Part shown: one piece after another, positions 29,306-44,268 of the stretch
How the letters are laid out: each line of letters opens with the position of its first letter
Numbering within the stretch: the stretch's first letter is position 1
NCBI GenBank assembly: GCA_013239625.1
Contig: MU054187.1
Span: forward strand, 10,003,231 to 10,067,230
Direction: 5' to 3'
Source: Lama guanicoe
Lineage: Eukaryota
DNA: 64,000 nt
The notes under the pieces: model-generated
The model's database searches: none
Seen by the model: only the letters and a program-made list of their open reading frames with translations
What the model was told of the DNA's origin: nothing
Translations under genes and position numbers: made by a program

Positions 29306-29466
29306 CTGAGGTCTATCAGACACATATTTTGCACAATGGCGAATAAGTCGAATTGCTTCCATACTTGTGTCTGGGAAAGCCGCATTGCATGCAAATTCAG
29401 ACAAACACTTCACTGCATCCTGGAAAGAATCAATGGTTGCTGGAAAGTGTTTTTCAAACACAAGCG
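29306..29466 (-). CDS. ARFGEF1: ARFGEF1 exon 28, (T)[24 protein letters not shown]...SDRPQ
   Basis: tatag / gtatag; 161 nt, phase 1/0. Confidence 0.96.
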
Positions 29467-29739
29467 CTATAAGAGAGAACAACGTAACAAAAAATGATCA
29501 TTTTCCAATTTCCAATTATTCTTATTTGTACCCCACACACCAACCTCTAGTTGTAACAGATCTTAAACCTAGATATAACCTTCTTAGGTTACGGTTTTGA
29601 TGTCCACCAGACATGGGCCTAAAAGTCTGTCTTGACCACTTACTTGACTGCCTTGAGCAGTGGGAAAAGGGAAACTCTGTTAGAAGCCTAGCATCTAACA
29701 GAGTGGTATACCAAAATCAATGGTTATTGAGTGACTATA

Positions 29740-29900
29740 CACAATTACACTCAATCTTTCTGTATCTGAGTTTCCTAATCTATAAAATGGGGATGAAATA
29801 CCAATGGATAGTTGAAGCACTAAATAAAATGTAAGTAAAGTGCTTAGCACAATACTTAATTCAAGCAAGCTCTCAATAAATGACAACTATGATGATTTCA
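29740..29900 (+). mobile_element. MIR
   Basis: ctgagtttcctaatctataaaatggggat...gctctcaataaatga. Confidence 0.65.
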
Positions 29901-30044
29901 TTATTCTTGGTGTGAATGATGATGATAGTCATCATAATCTAGATAAGCTTAATTTACGTTCTTAGTATCTCATTCTCCCTTAAAGTCAGAAGAGGCTGTG
30001 CACTCAGCCTACCAGAAACAAAGCTTAGGTGCCTTAAGACTCTC

Positions 30045-30270
30045 TGGCTTTGCACCTCAGCTCTATCACTCACCAGTTTTGTGCCCTTAGACAAATTACT
30101 TAACCTCAATGGGCCTGAGTTTCCTAATCTATAAAGAAAAAAAAAAAACAGGGGTAGGGATAATAAATCTATTTATCTCACAGAGGTGTTATGAAGATTG
30201 AAGAAAATACATGCAAAGTGCTTACAGTGCTTGCAAAATAGTAAACATTCAATGTTAACTATATTATAAC
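30045..30270 (+). mobile_element. MIR
   Basis: gacaaattacttaacctc...gagtttcctaatctataaa...tgcaaagtgctta. Confidence 0.7.
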
Positions 30271-30365
30271 AATGATAATACTGTATCATTATTTACTCTG
30301 CTTCTGTAGGCAAAACTTGGTAAACTTACAGCCCATGACAGGCCCATAACTGTATACTTAAATTA

Positions 30366-30605
<240 letters not shown>

Positions 30606-30713
30606 TTAATATAATTGCTTGGATAAAACTCATCATTTTTTTTTTTCCCTTTCTTCTGTTAGTCCCGCTGCTGTGGAAAATAATATGGTATTTTTCTGAT
30701 TTTAAGCAATTCA

Positions 30714-30905
<192 letters not shown>

Positions 30906-31227
30906 CTAATGTCAGCAGTGAAAGTATACGTCTTTATTTTTGTTTTAGAAAAATATTAAATTAACAGCATAGACAGGTAAATCCAAAGATTCTTCATAAG
31001 GCATTAAGTGTGCTAACAATATTTCTCAAAAGGAAGAACAAATTTTAACTAAATTCTTAAAACCTAGAGTAATCCTTTCTAAAAGAAAAAACAGGACTCG
31101 AAGGGTTTTCTAAATTTAATCACAAAAATGTAATAAAAAATTGTTTGGAAAGTGAAAAGGTCTTAGATTATGATAAGAAAATTTTAAACAACAAAAAATA
31201 TTACAAATTAAGCAAATCCTATAATTA

Positions 31228-31422
<195 letters not shown>

Positions 31423-31500
31423 TTAACATTTTTTAACCTTAACTTTCAAGTCTTTTAGCCAATAAGTTAATTTATAAGTGGACTAAATGTACCTACTTAC

Positions 31501-31541
31501 CAATAGCATTGCCATCTAACCTTGTGGACCCTGTAAATATT
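31501..31541 (-). CDS. ARFGEF1: ARFGEF1 exon 24 (41 nt), (R)IFTGSTRLDGNAI(V)
   Basis: tttag / gtaagt; phase 2/1; needed to keep the frame between exons 23 and 25. Confidence 0.94.
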
Positions 31542-32364
31542 CTAAAAAAAACCAAAAAACATAATTCAAAAATTTATAAAGTCTCAATTCAGATACATCA
31601 ATTCAAAAGAAAGGGGACTGGGGTACTAGCTACTTTTATCTTTTTTAAGGGAACAAAAAAAATCAGGTGAAATGACTTTTTGTTTATCATATAGTTTAGT
31701 AACAAGTGTAGCTGGATGTTTCTCCATCCCTCCTTTGCAATCAACAGTATATTAGAGTACAAATACATTGTTGTAATTGTATCAATAAATTTAAAAACAC
31801 TAGGATAGGTATCTTATGAGAATCTAAGAACAAGAAAAATATTACTTTGTAAAACTAATAATTAGCATACACACAAGAGTAGATTTTTCAATTTTCCTGA
31901 GTATTCACTAGCTTTAAGCATGTTCTTAAAATGAAAAATTCTACCTTATTTTAACAATGTACGTTTGATTTAACAACTCATTTATGTTAAATTACAAGCG
32001 ATTAACAAAACGTTCCAAATAGCCTCCAACAGTTTAACCAACAAGTGGCTAAACCACTTTTCTTAGGGTAGTCAAATGTTCAGAGTTAAGCTGTGCTGTC
32101 CAGCTTTGCCCTGCCTTCTTCACTGAGCTCTTTTCTTGTGTTTCAAAGTTTCATGAAAGATTTCCACATAAACATACTGGTCCTCTTATTTTCAAGTCTG
32201 CATTTTTATCCATGTTCTGAGTTTGTAACCAAGGGTTTGATGTGACTTTCAGGATGAACTGACATTCCTCAATTTAAAATGCACATCATAGGAGTTGTAT
32301 GATAAAAAGGAAACCTTAAAGGCAGGAGCAGGTCACATATTAAACTTAGAAATAAAAGTAATCA

Positions 32365-32620
32365 TAGTAACTAACAGTAACAGATACCGCCAATCACAGG
32401 GTGGGCACTATCCTAAGTGCGCTCTGTGTATCTGTTCATACACAATCACGAACACCCTGAGAAGTATGCAGTATTACACTCCCAACTTCATAAACATAGG
32501 AACTGAGGCACGAAGATATTTAACAACTTTCTGAAAGTCGCAGGACTAGTAAATGCTAGAGCCAAGATTCAAACCAGGACAGGCCAACACCAGAGTCCAC
32601 TCTTGCCAACTGCTTTACTA
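32365..32620 (-). mobile_element. MIR
   Basis: ggaactgaggcacgaag...agagccaagattcaaaccagg (reverse MIR core). Confidence 0.7.
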
Positions 32621-35089
32621 CACTGTCTCACACTTACCTGAGCAAAACATAATTTAAACATTTAAAATTTACCCTAGTTTTTTCTTACTACCTCAGTCTA
32701 AATGTTCTGAGTATATCATGATTTTTCGACCTCAATGCCCTTGAATGTCTATATGACCTGCAATGAGTAACAAAAACAAGATAGAAAAAAACAGCTTAAA
32801 AACTGACAAGGCAGTAACTCAGAATCTGACCTCTCGCTAATGGGTATCTTGAGATTTTGTATATTGCTCTTGTGTGTAGAATAGAACAGCAATTCAGAAA
32901 TCTAGCTGACCATACAATCGGAGACTGGATCCAGAAATTAAAGACATACAAGTCTGCAAGCCTCTCATGAATGAAAATGAGACTCACCAGACTATGTATT
33001 ATGAATGTTGTAAGCTGTTTCTCAAAGGAGGTATTCTCATGGAAGGCGATGGTTATAAAAACTATACCACAAAGAGTGTCAAAACTACACAGTACAGGAG
33101 ACAACAGGAAAAGGAACAAAACAAAAAAGACCTTTAAAAAAAATAACAGAGAAGGAAGCAAATGGCAAAGAGCACAGCAGTGAGAACAGAAGCAGAGATG
33201 GGGATTATATGCAACTCCGGGGAAACAGGCTGGAACCCTCTAAAGGAGATGGTGGAGAACGAAGGCAGCAAGGACAGAGGATCATCAGCAAACAGACGGG
33301 GTCTGCAGACCCAGGTGACAGTGGAAAGTAGGGGGAACATGCATCCTGGGAAAGGGCATTCAAATTCCTACTCACTTTGGTAGCCTCTGAGGGTCACTCT
33401 ATTTCTAGTAATGCTCCACTAAAGAAAAGCCACACGGTGGAGCACGGCATTCTGTGGAGGCATTTAGAGTTAAGCCTTAATGCACTAAGGCAGGAGGAGA
33501 GAGCTGTGTTTCATAAAATCAGTCTATGACATGGGTTCTACATGCCCTGTACGACAAGCAGAGGACAGAAGCACGAGGATCTTGTGTGTTAATATTAAAA
33601 GACATGCCCTGAAAAGGAAAAGTACGAGTAGGAAAAAAAAACTGCTACATTACTGATTCATCCACATGACAGCAATGCAACAATGAAAAAAAAAGAAAGA
33701 TAAAAACTGCAGATTCTGGATCAAATAAACTTTGAACTGTATGCAACACACAAGGAGACTAAATTACTGTATATGCAAAAAGGCTTCCTAGTGAAATAAC
33801 AGAGGTAACATTTCTTAGAGCCAAGTGGAAGGTATGCATGAGCAAACACAGTTGGGAAGGAGCTATACGTATTTTCTGACAGATGACAGAGTGCTCCAAA
33901 GTGTGCGATGGGTCAGTATGAAGCTAGATCTGGTGTGCTTACAAACCAGTAACAAAAACAAGAACTATGCTGCTAATTACTGGTGTTTAACTTTCAGAGG
34001 TAAGTCAGTCCTGGACAAAATCTACCCCTGCAGAGTTTAGTAATACTTACAAAACTGATCTAGTTTAACAATGCCTAGAAAATGCTACCGTAGCAAATCC
34101 TAGAGGATCAGGTACTTCAGGTTAAAGTGCCCTATATTCTCCTAAATTCTAATAGTACAGAATTTCTAATACCAAAGTGGAGATTATTTTAAAAATTTAC
34201 CATCTTAAAGCTTTTAATGGAACCAAGAATTTTTTTCTATTAAGAAACAGAAGCTACAAAAATAAGCAAAGTTATTAATTTTATTTTTCATGTTTAGTTC
34301 CTATACTTGCCGTAACAGATTATTCAGAACAGGGAGAGAGAAATGACCTTTTTTACTGGACAAGTGCAGAACTCACGAGGATGACGCCTGACAATGTCCT
34401 GAATACCAGGGTTACCTCACTGAGTTAGCTTAGGGACTAGAATCAGAGTATTACAAGTGAAAACAAACTCAGATGCTCAGAAAGGAATTCAGAAGTTTAA
34501 TGAGAAAGTGATATGCACCATGCAAGAATAATATAATCATATAATAGATCAAAGATGTAATTTTTAATGCTATCACTTTAAGGTGAAATTTAAATATTGA
34601 GGTTTTGTATAAAATTGGACATTGGATTTATGTTTGTATAAGTATTTGGTGACAATGAGTTTGAGACAATGAAGTACCAGTAGAATTTGTCCTAAGGCTC
34701 CTTAGAAGTAGCATATTTTCTTAAAATGGAGAGGCATGTCATTTGTTCCAAGTGAGTGACATGTCTCCCTGGGACAGTCAACAGTTAGATACATTAGAAC
34801 TGGGTATGGTCATGTAAAGTGTATTATAGAAATAATAAGTCAAATGTTGACTCTTGCCTGAATAGATTCTCATAATGACAATGAAAATGATTTTCTGGAT
34901 GGCTAGAAAATCATGTGGAAAAAATCTACCGTAGCAGCAGGACAGATGTTACACTGCTCTGGAGCTGCACACGCAGGCAGAGAGGCAGAGAGGTCAGAGT
35001 GCGCACTCAGAGACACGCTGCCTGCGTGTACATCCTGGCCGTACTCCTCCGCATTCTCTACTGATGAAAGGGTTATCACAGTAATCAAG

Positions 35090-35260
35090 ACAAGATTCGC
35101 CGGGCTGTGCGAATGTGCAAGTGTCTAATTCCCTTCTGTCTCAGGTTCCTCATCTGTAAACTGAGGACAATACTACTCATCTCACGGGGCTACTGAAAGG
35201 ATTAAATGAAGCAACACATGGGAAGCACTCTGAAAGGTGCCAAGCACGTGTTAAGTCTTT
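35090..35260 (+). mobile_element. MIR
   Basis: ctcaggttcctcatctgtaaactgagg...ggattaaatga. Confidence 0.7.
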
Positions 35261-36254
35261 GAGTTACATAGTAGGTATAAGATGATACACAATCTTTTTC
35301 CAACCTTCGTGAGAAAAAAGCAAATGACCTCCTTCCCCTAAAAACAAAAAAGGAGAAGAAATCAACCAGACATTAAAATTCTTTTCAATGAAAAAGTTTC
35401 AGGGAGTATTTCCAGAGGCAGCAGCCAGTGAACCCTAGTTTTGCCTATACTTAGAGCACAAAGTTTCATCTAAAGCAGAGTAAAATAATGTATCAGTACC
35501 AGTCTCTAGGCATCAGGAAAAGATTACATATGTTTTTGAAAGTTTCTATCAGAAGTGGTAAAAAAAAAAATTAAACGGCATTGCTGTAAAATGTTAAGCT
35601 TTAATTATTTGGGCATTCATCTGGAAAAAGCTGATCTTCAAAAAACACTAGCTATTGCTTTACACACTGAGAATTAAAATCTAGAATAAACTAAATATTC
35701 CACAGTAAAATAAACCACAGTATATAGATTTTTCTTTTAGAAAACAAACTGAAGATGAACACCTGATAATGGGTATAATATACAAATTCCAAAATCCTTT
35801 TCAAAGAAACGTGTAAGAATTACCAGCCAACCCCTCATTTCACCCATAACACAGTCCTCCTGTATCATACACTCAGAACAACGAATTACATTCCATTTTC
35901 AAAAAGGGATAATAAGGAGAGGATATTTTCTATAAAGGAAATTTTTTTAAAATAAAGGAAAAAAATTGTGTTCTTTCTCACAGTAATCAAGGTTACCATT
36001 TCCCTAATGCTCATTAACATCTACTGTCACTTAAATTTTCATACTGTTATCTCCTTCCTATATTTTGTGACTTAAAACGCAAAGTATAGCTACTTCATCA
36101 TTTAAATCACGGTACATCACAATGTAGTCTTATATTACTTAAGGAAAGATATTTTGGCAATAATTTTTTTCCTATTTACTGATGAGCAAGATATGTCTAA
36201 ATGCTACAGAACTGAAAGAGTACTCATCTGAAAGGGAATAAAACAAACACCTTA

Positions 36255-36371
<117 letters not shown>

Positions 36372-36719
36372 TCAGTTTGAAAATAATCCAGTGGAAGAAG
36401 ACACTTACCGTATTAAAACACATTCCTAAAATCAGTTATTTTCCTAATGAATAAAGCTTTGGGTGAACGATCCTTTCAGCATCAGTGACCTTCATCAGAG
36501 CCAAACGTGCTTACTGAGCTATACTAAGTGGTATACAGACACAGTTAAGAGACACAAACTGCGCTTGCAAAGATCACACAGATTAGGGCCACTGAGAATT
36601 CTGACCACAAAATTACTGACATTAGGCATAATCTCCCCCCGTGTTTAAGAAACACAGCACTCACCCCAGTTCCAAAGATACCTACTTAGGAGGATTCCCA
36701 ATTCCATGTAATTAGACCT

Positions 36720-37060
36720 GCCTTGTCACTTAATCTCCAGTCCCCTGTTCACAACGTTTATTGGAGATTCTATCTGTATGCTGTATATCCTCTTTTTCAA
36801 AAGAATCTTTTATCTTTTGACCCAGCACTGGTTCCATGTGTTAGCAGAACAACAATTTCCCCAGTTTTCAAACTCTTGACCTTACAATCATCTTTGATAT
36901 CATTCTCTTCCTCCACTATCATGGAATCTTTCTTTTGACTTTTTTCTCGTTATCATTCATTCATTTTCATTACTACTCAGTTTAGACCCTTGTAAGTTCA
37001 GGCCCAGATTATGAAAACAGTTTCCTGACTGCTCTCCCTGTCGCTTTCTTCCCCAGCTGA
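36720..37060 (+). mobile_element. L2 fragment
   Basis: Degenerate L2 3' region (gcccagattatgaaaacagtttcctgactgctctccctg). Confidence 0.5.
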
Positions 37061-37079
37061 ACTCAAATTCTATTCTAGG

Positions 37080-37760
37080 AAACTGAACAATGTGAAAAAC
37101 ATGTGATCCCTGTCTTCACAGAGTTAATAATTCACCAGGATTACAACCAACTTTAATATAATATAATGATTACTTTGTGGCTAAAATGAATTACATGTAA
37201 CACAAGTGCTGCTAAATAGAACTAATTTCGATACGGGAAGGGAGAATGGTGGTGTCAGCTCACGTAAAGGCTTCACATATGATGAAATATTAATTCAAAC
37301 TGGGCCTAGAAGGAGAATTGTGTGGGAAAGGAAAAAGAAAAAGCAATTCAGGTAGACAGAGCAGCACATATACAGTAATGGAAGTATGCATGGGGGTGTC
37401 CCATTTTACCACACCTGGGTGTGGCCATAATGGAGGATTCTGGCAGGGGACCAGGAAGGAGAGAGAGAAGGGTAGCAGGAGATCAAGCCGGAAACACAGA
37501 CTAGAAACAGAATGTGCAGAACCTGGACTGTCATGTAGAATGTACTACTTTTGAAAACAGGGAACCATTAAGACCTTTTAGAAGATAACATGATCCAATC
37601 TATTTTCTGAAAAATAATTCTGGTAATATCTGTGGAACACAGTGTAACAGCTATTGGAGCCATGGAGACAAACAAAGAGTCTACTTCTGTCACACAGTGA
37701 ATAAAGATGAAAGTCTGAAATAAGTGCAGACAACCGGGCTGGCAGGGCAACAGTGTCAAG
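37080..37760 (-). mobile_element. L2 fragment
   Basis: atccctgtcttcacagagtta, gggaaccattaagaccttt...gatccaatctattttctgaaaaataattctgg. Confidence 0.55.
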
Positions 37761-39534
37761 CAACACGTGAAGTGTGCAGCACGTTACAGGAGTTTAAGGA
37801 AGAAAAAATCATGCCAGTCATCACACAACTTCCTTTGTGTATCAAATAAATGTCTTTCCTATGGAGTTTTCTATACGTTTTATATGTAAATATAATAATT
37901 TGTAATCATTAATAATAAACCTATTCATCAAAATCAAAGAATATTTAAAATATCTAACAACCCAAAGAAACTATTTCATAAATATGTGAAATCTTTGAAG
38001 TATCTGTATCATAATACACATAGTAGGCTACAGTTTCAGTTTTACCAAAGAAATTACTCAAAAGCACAAATATTTAGGTTAAGTAAGAACAAAGATGTAG
38101 GTGTTGTGATATTCACTTAAGATTTACATGAACAAGCAACTGAAATTTTAAACTTTAGTATATACTATAAAAGAACAGTATGCATATAATTCAAATCTAA
38201 TAATCACATGCTATATATTCTTAATAACTACAGGTTTCATGTTTCCAAAAAGTTCACGTACAGACTTGAATCGTATCAGTTAACAAAGTCAGATAAACAT
38301 ATATTCATGGATGCTGTTAACAAAGGAGGATATACAGACCACACCAGTTCAATCGTCTATACCACACCCTCTTCCAGCTTCAGCTCTGACTACAGCCCTG
38401 AACTTCAGTCCTGAAGAAAGCATCTGAGCAGGTGACAGGGAGCAGATGGACGGGGGGACATCTGCCACAGCTGGTAACCAATGACAGAACCTGAAAGGTG
38501 GGCTCTGCCCAACAGGGGCCACGCCAACAGACTGCTCTCTCAAGAGAAGTATGTGACCTAAGGGAAAGCCTAGGTAACGCCTGAGAGACAGGTGGAAGAA
38601 GTGGCTGGCTGCCTGAGAGGCCTGGAAGGCTGAAATTTTTATTTCATTTCCAGATTCCAAGAGTGTATATTTTAACGTAAATTCCCTTTTCCTGAAGGGA
38701 GAAGGCAGGTCATCTCATATTCTTGCAACTCAAGTAGCACAACAGCACAGTGATCAAATTAATTTTAATTCATTTTCAAGTATACCAATAAATATTATCA
38801 GCAAATATTATTTCTCTCTTTTCCACTCAGGCTTATAAAAGATAGAATATTCCACTGGGATTTTATTTTCAGTATAACCTACTTCTGTTACTTGCCAAAA
38901 TTGAGCCCTGGCAATTTCACCTGTCTTTATTTGGACTTTCTTCTACTCCCTTGGCCAAAAAAAAAAAGCTTTCAAAGGCTGAAAAACCTTTCAAAAGCTA
39001 CTCAATCAATGCACATTCATTTCATTGGTCTGTAAATATTTTTCATCTGTATCTCATGCTACCTTCTGGAACAATTATAGTTCTAATGTCTGAGTCAGAC
39101 TTCCACGTTACATAAGTCATCAAGTTATGAGGTCTACACCTGGACCTCCCAGAACCACAGTTTCTAAGATACAAGTGAGGTACACACTGCACTGCTGGCT
39201 GCCACAGCTGGATCACCACTGGGAACCAACTGTTCCCAGTCCAACCTGAAGCCACACACGGTCCTCATCTTAACTTCTTTCCCTATGGATCATTTTTCAG
39301 GCTTGAAATTCTGCTGAATTTCCTAAGAACTTTTACTGCAAGCAACAGAGAAATCACTAAATGATAAAGACAGAAAATGTCCAGAAGTATAATGTTACAA
39401 GTCAAAGTCTTAAAAGGTAAATGGTAACATTCTTAGGTCTCAGGTGTATTCCTTCCCATTCTCTTTAAGACACATCTCTAGGTTTCTCGGTTAGAAGTGG
39501 TATGGAAGATGAATAGAGAATAATCCAAAAACCA

Positions 39535-39715
39535 TTAATATACCAACCACTGTACTAAGTCCATGTATATGTATTTTTACCTAATCCTAACAACTCTGTA
39601 AGTAGATATTACCATTAGTTTGCAAAAGAGGAACCTGAAGCTCAGAAAAGAAAAGTAACTTTCACACAGAAGGAAGAAATATAGAAGAATTCAAAGCCAG
39701 AAGTATAGCACTCAG
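39535..39715 (-). mobile_element. MIR
   Basis: gaggaacctgaagctcagaaaagaaaagtaact. Confidence 0.6.
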
Positions 39716-40046
39716 AGTCAGAGACAATCTAAACTTTGCTTTTCCCCTGGTAGAACTCTTTTCATTTATGACTAAAAATACACTGTCTTTCGCTCTTCTG
39801 TATCTAATTTTGCTAATATCTTCCTCTGCTCTCCTGTGTTAAATCTGGAAGCTCCTGGCCACACTGAGTTCACAGGAACCCACGGGAAGCTTTCCACACT
39901 GGTGGAGGACTTTGGTTGTGTCTACACAGTGTCTTTTAAAACTCTGAGTGTAAATGCCTTCTCCAGTTGCCCAACTATTTGTCATCTTACACAAGCCTTC
40001 ACTCATTTAAGTTATCTGCTTAGTCTTAAAAGCAGGTAAATTTTAA

Positions 40047-40405
40047 TATATATATATTTTCAGATTATTTTCCATTATAAGTTACTACAAATATTGAATA
40101 TAGTTTCCTATGCTATACAGTAAATCCTTGTTGCTTATCCATCTATTTTATATATAGTAGTCTGTACATTAATCCCATACTTCTAATTTCTCTCTCCCCT
40201 ATCCCTCTCCCCTTAGGTAACCATAAATTTGTTTTCTATGTCTGTGAGTCTGTTTTGTATACAGATTCATTTGTATTATTTTTTAGATTCCACGTATCAG
40301 TGATATCATAAAATATTTGTCTTTGTTTGACTTATTGCATTAAGTGTAATATTCTCTAGGTTCATCCATGTTGCTGCAAATGGCAATATTTCATTCTTTT
40401 TTATG
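40047..40405 (-). mobile_element. Younger 5'-truncated L1 3' end (artiodactyl/camelid type) with TSD
   Basis: ttttagattccacgtatcagtgatatcata...ggttcatccatgttgctgcaaatggc; TSD taaaagcaggtaa(a)ttttaa at 40027-40046 and 40406-40424. Confidence 0.85.
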
Positions 40406-40657
40406 TAAAAGCAGGTAATTTTAAACTGCACCCTTCTCTCACCCCCAACTATGAGATTAAGACTAAGGGTCATTTAATGTTGCAAACTAGACCAGGCAAA
40501 AAAGATTAGGTTCTCTCCAGTGTTATCCTGCTTTCCCCTCATAAGGTTAGCCAAAGAGCATTTTATCATATTCCTCTAATTCTATTTCACTGCTCCAAAA
40601 GAGTTACTTATACTGAGCAAGTTAAAAACAATTTGATATTTTATAAAAATAATTTTA

Positions 40658-40852
<195 letters not shown>

Positions 40853-41057
40853 TTAAAAACATTTGCAAAAATATTTACCTGTATGAAGCCACGATTTAAA
40901 CATAGACTACATTATAAACCATTATAAAAAGCTAAATATACTTACCCTGAATGTATTCAATTAATTTCCTCCCCCACTTAAGCATGTCAGTGGCAGAGTA
41001 TTTAGCATTAGCTCATAATAAACCAAATTGAAAAGTTGAAAATAAAGGAAATGCTTA

Positions 41058-41219
<162 letters not shown>

Positions 41220-41737
41220 CTATGAAAAAGAGAAAAGTATACTAACATAGCTGTAAACACAACACAGTGATCTCTAATTCCTACTGACACACTGTTTACC
41301 TGTTCAGCAAGTTTTTAACTTACAAGTCATGAATCACATACAATACCTCAAACTATAGTTTCTTAAATTTTAAGGTGATAAACAAAGCAGAAAAGGATGA
41401 ATTTTCAAAACTGAAAGGCAATGGAAGTATCAAATCAAAATGATATTTTAGTGACAATAATTCATTTAGTAAAAAAACACCCATTGAGCACTCATGTTTC
41501 AAGTGACTGTGTGGACTAGCAGAAACCTGATTTATAAATCTGCTCATTTTTTCTCTACAGCTATACTGTGCTTTTTAAGCTGTAACATTCATAATTAAAT
41601 GTGAAATGGGTTTTAAAAAGTAAGCAAGCAAGCAGTGGCTAAAATTTATTATCACATAAAGCATATAAATTACTAGAAGGGACTGTCCATGAAAATTATG
41701 TTCTAGATACTTGATCTCTAAAAAATAATTTGTTCTA

Positions 41738-41905
41738 GGGGGAGGCTCTATCTCAGCAGTAGAGCTCATGCTTAGTATAAGCACGAGGTCCTGGGTTCGA
41801 CTCCCAGTACCTCCATTAAAGATAAATAAACAAATAAACCTAATTACCTTTTCCCATAAAAAAATTAATAAAGAAATTAAACTGCAATTAAAAAATTAAA
41901 AAAAA
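41738..41905 (+). mobile_element. tRNA-Ala-derived SINE (camelid vic-1-like)
   Basis: gggggaggctctatctcagcagtagagctcatgcttag...ggttcgactcccagtacctcc, aaacctaattacc and A-rich tail; TSD about aaaaa.aa.ttgttct. Confidence 0.82.
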
Positions 41906-42208
41906 CTTGTTCTTAGGCTTAGGTAAAGTTATAAAGTAATATATATAAATACATAAAATATAAAAGATATGATTCAATAAATATGAACATGTACCATATT
42001 TAAATAAGATACTCAAATTACCATGTAGGAATTGAAATTCTTGGAAACACTGTACATACCTAATATTCTATAAAGAAAAAATTGCAAACCAAAGTTATGA
42101 CAAATTTTTGACACATCAATAAAGAATTACCCTTTCTATCATAGCTTTTTGGAAACTTAAACATTAATACTCATTTAAATTCCATTATAAACTTGAAATT
42201 AGTTTTTA

Positions 42209-42430
<222 letters not shown>

Positions 42431-43478
42431 CTAGATAAATTAAAATTTGAAATGTATTACAAACACCAAATGATAATTAAACTTTATGATAATACTACAT
42501 TAACTTTTCTCAAAGCTTTCAGACAATAAATGATTTGAGAAGTTCTGAAAAAAAGCAATGAGTTCCTTGGCATAGTTATTTGGAAAGATTTCTCAGACAA
42601 AGGAGAAACTATCTAATGCTGCCTGGGCTTAAATAAGTGGGAGAGCAAGATTATAAATTCAGGAGAGCACACTAGGCATATTTTAAGCACTGCAACTATA
42701 AATTATTCACAGTAATAAAAAATGGGAATAGTCAATACTCATAAATTATATTAATTTTACCCCCATCTGCAGAATTCATCTCTCTCTGCAAGCTTTGTCC
42801 CTTGCAATATTTCAAAGATTTTTTATTTCCAAGAAAATTCCTTTAGCCATTTTCTACTTGTAACAGTTACATCACTCTCTTTTCTTTAAGCCTGTTCCCT
42901 GGACATCATTTAGCTTTATTATTATTATTATTATTTTTTGTAGTCAAGTATTTAACCAGTGATATCTCTGGCTCCTAGTTGGACAATATTTTTAAAATAT
43001 AGTTCAATAAAACACATCTTTATTATGACTGTGAAAGCTAACAGACACTAAGTTTTATCAAAACTGAATGAATACCTAGTGAAATTGTAATATAAAACAA
43101 AAAGAGTTGCCTTTAATTACTGAAAATCCTAATATCAAAACATATGTGTATATACTGGTGTGTGCATCTGTGTGTATAACTTTGGAATGTCTCATACAAG
43201 AGTATTTGTTGCTTTTTATTAAGTCAAAATGAAGGAAAGCTATGTATCCATATAACCATACAGATGAAAAATGTTTATACCAGTGTGATATAGAAATGAC
43301 AACTGGGATTTTTTTAAAGATCTAAAAAGTTGTTAGTATTAAGGAATACAGAACTACCCAAAGCTTTGCTTGTAACGTGAGAAAGTTTAGAAGTAAAAGC
43401 GTATAATTTCTAAACAAAGGTACATAAGCCACGGTACCTAACTTCTAGTTCAAGCCTTCTGACTTATTTAAACTATTT

Positions 43479-43540
43479 CTTTTTTTTTTTAATTGAAGTA
43501 GTTGGTTACAATGTGTCAATTTCTGCTGTACAGCACAATA
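43479..43540 (-). mobile_element. Very short L1 3' end (poly(A) plus ~45 nt)
   Basis: T-run then aattgaagtagttggttacaatgtgtcaatttctgctgtacagcac. Confidence 0.6.
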
Positions 43541-43625
43541 AAAAAATTTTTATTTGCTATCTCCTAAATAATACAGCTTTCGCTTCTGGGTCTATGCTAA
43601 TGGACTATATCACTTCATTTTCTCA

Positions 43626-43889
<264 letters not shown>

Positions 43890-43944
43890 TTAGGAATGCT
43901 ATTTTGATATTTTAGGATAAAACAGCAAACACCACCAATTAGCA

Positions 43945-44268
43945 CTAACTAAAAGTAGTCCTAAGAAGTCAGACACAAAAGGTCACATAATGTATGACTC
44001 CACTTAGATGAAATACCCAGAGCAGGTAAATCCATAGAAACAAAAAGCATCCCGGGGTGACAGCCAGGGGCTGGGGAAATGGAGGGGACGTGGAGTAACT
44101 GCTTAATGGATACAGGGTTGTATTTTGGGATGTTGAAAATGTTTTGGAATTACATAGAGGCAGTGGTTACACAGCACTGTGAATGTACTAAATACCACTA
44201 ATTGTTTACTTCAAAATGGTTAATTTTATATTATATGAATTTCACTCCAAAAATAAAAATTAAAAAAC
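43945..44268 (+). mobile_element. L1MB-type 3' end
   Basis: gtcagacacaaaaggtcacata...tgaatgtactaaataccacta...tgaatttcactcc followed by A-tail. Confidence 0.8.

Noticed and set aside
41738..41815. tRNA-like sequences with A and B boxes (also 7625-7694 and 62100-62170)
   Set aside because: Mismatched stems, A-rich tails and TSDs mark them as SINEs, not tRNA genes
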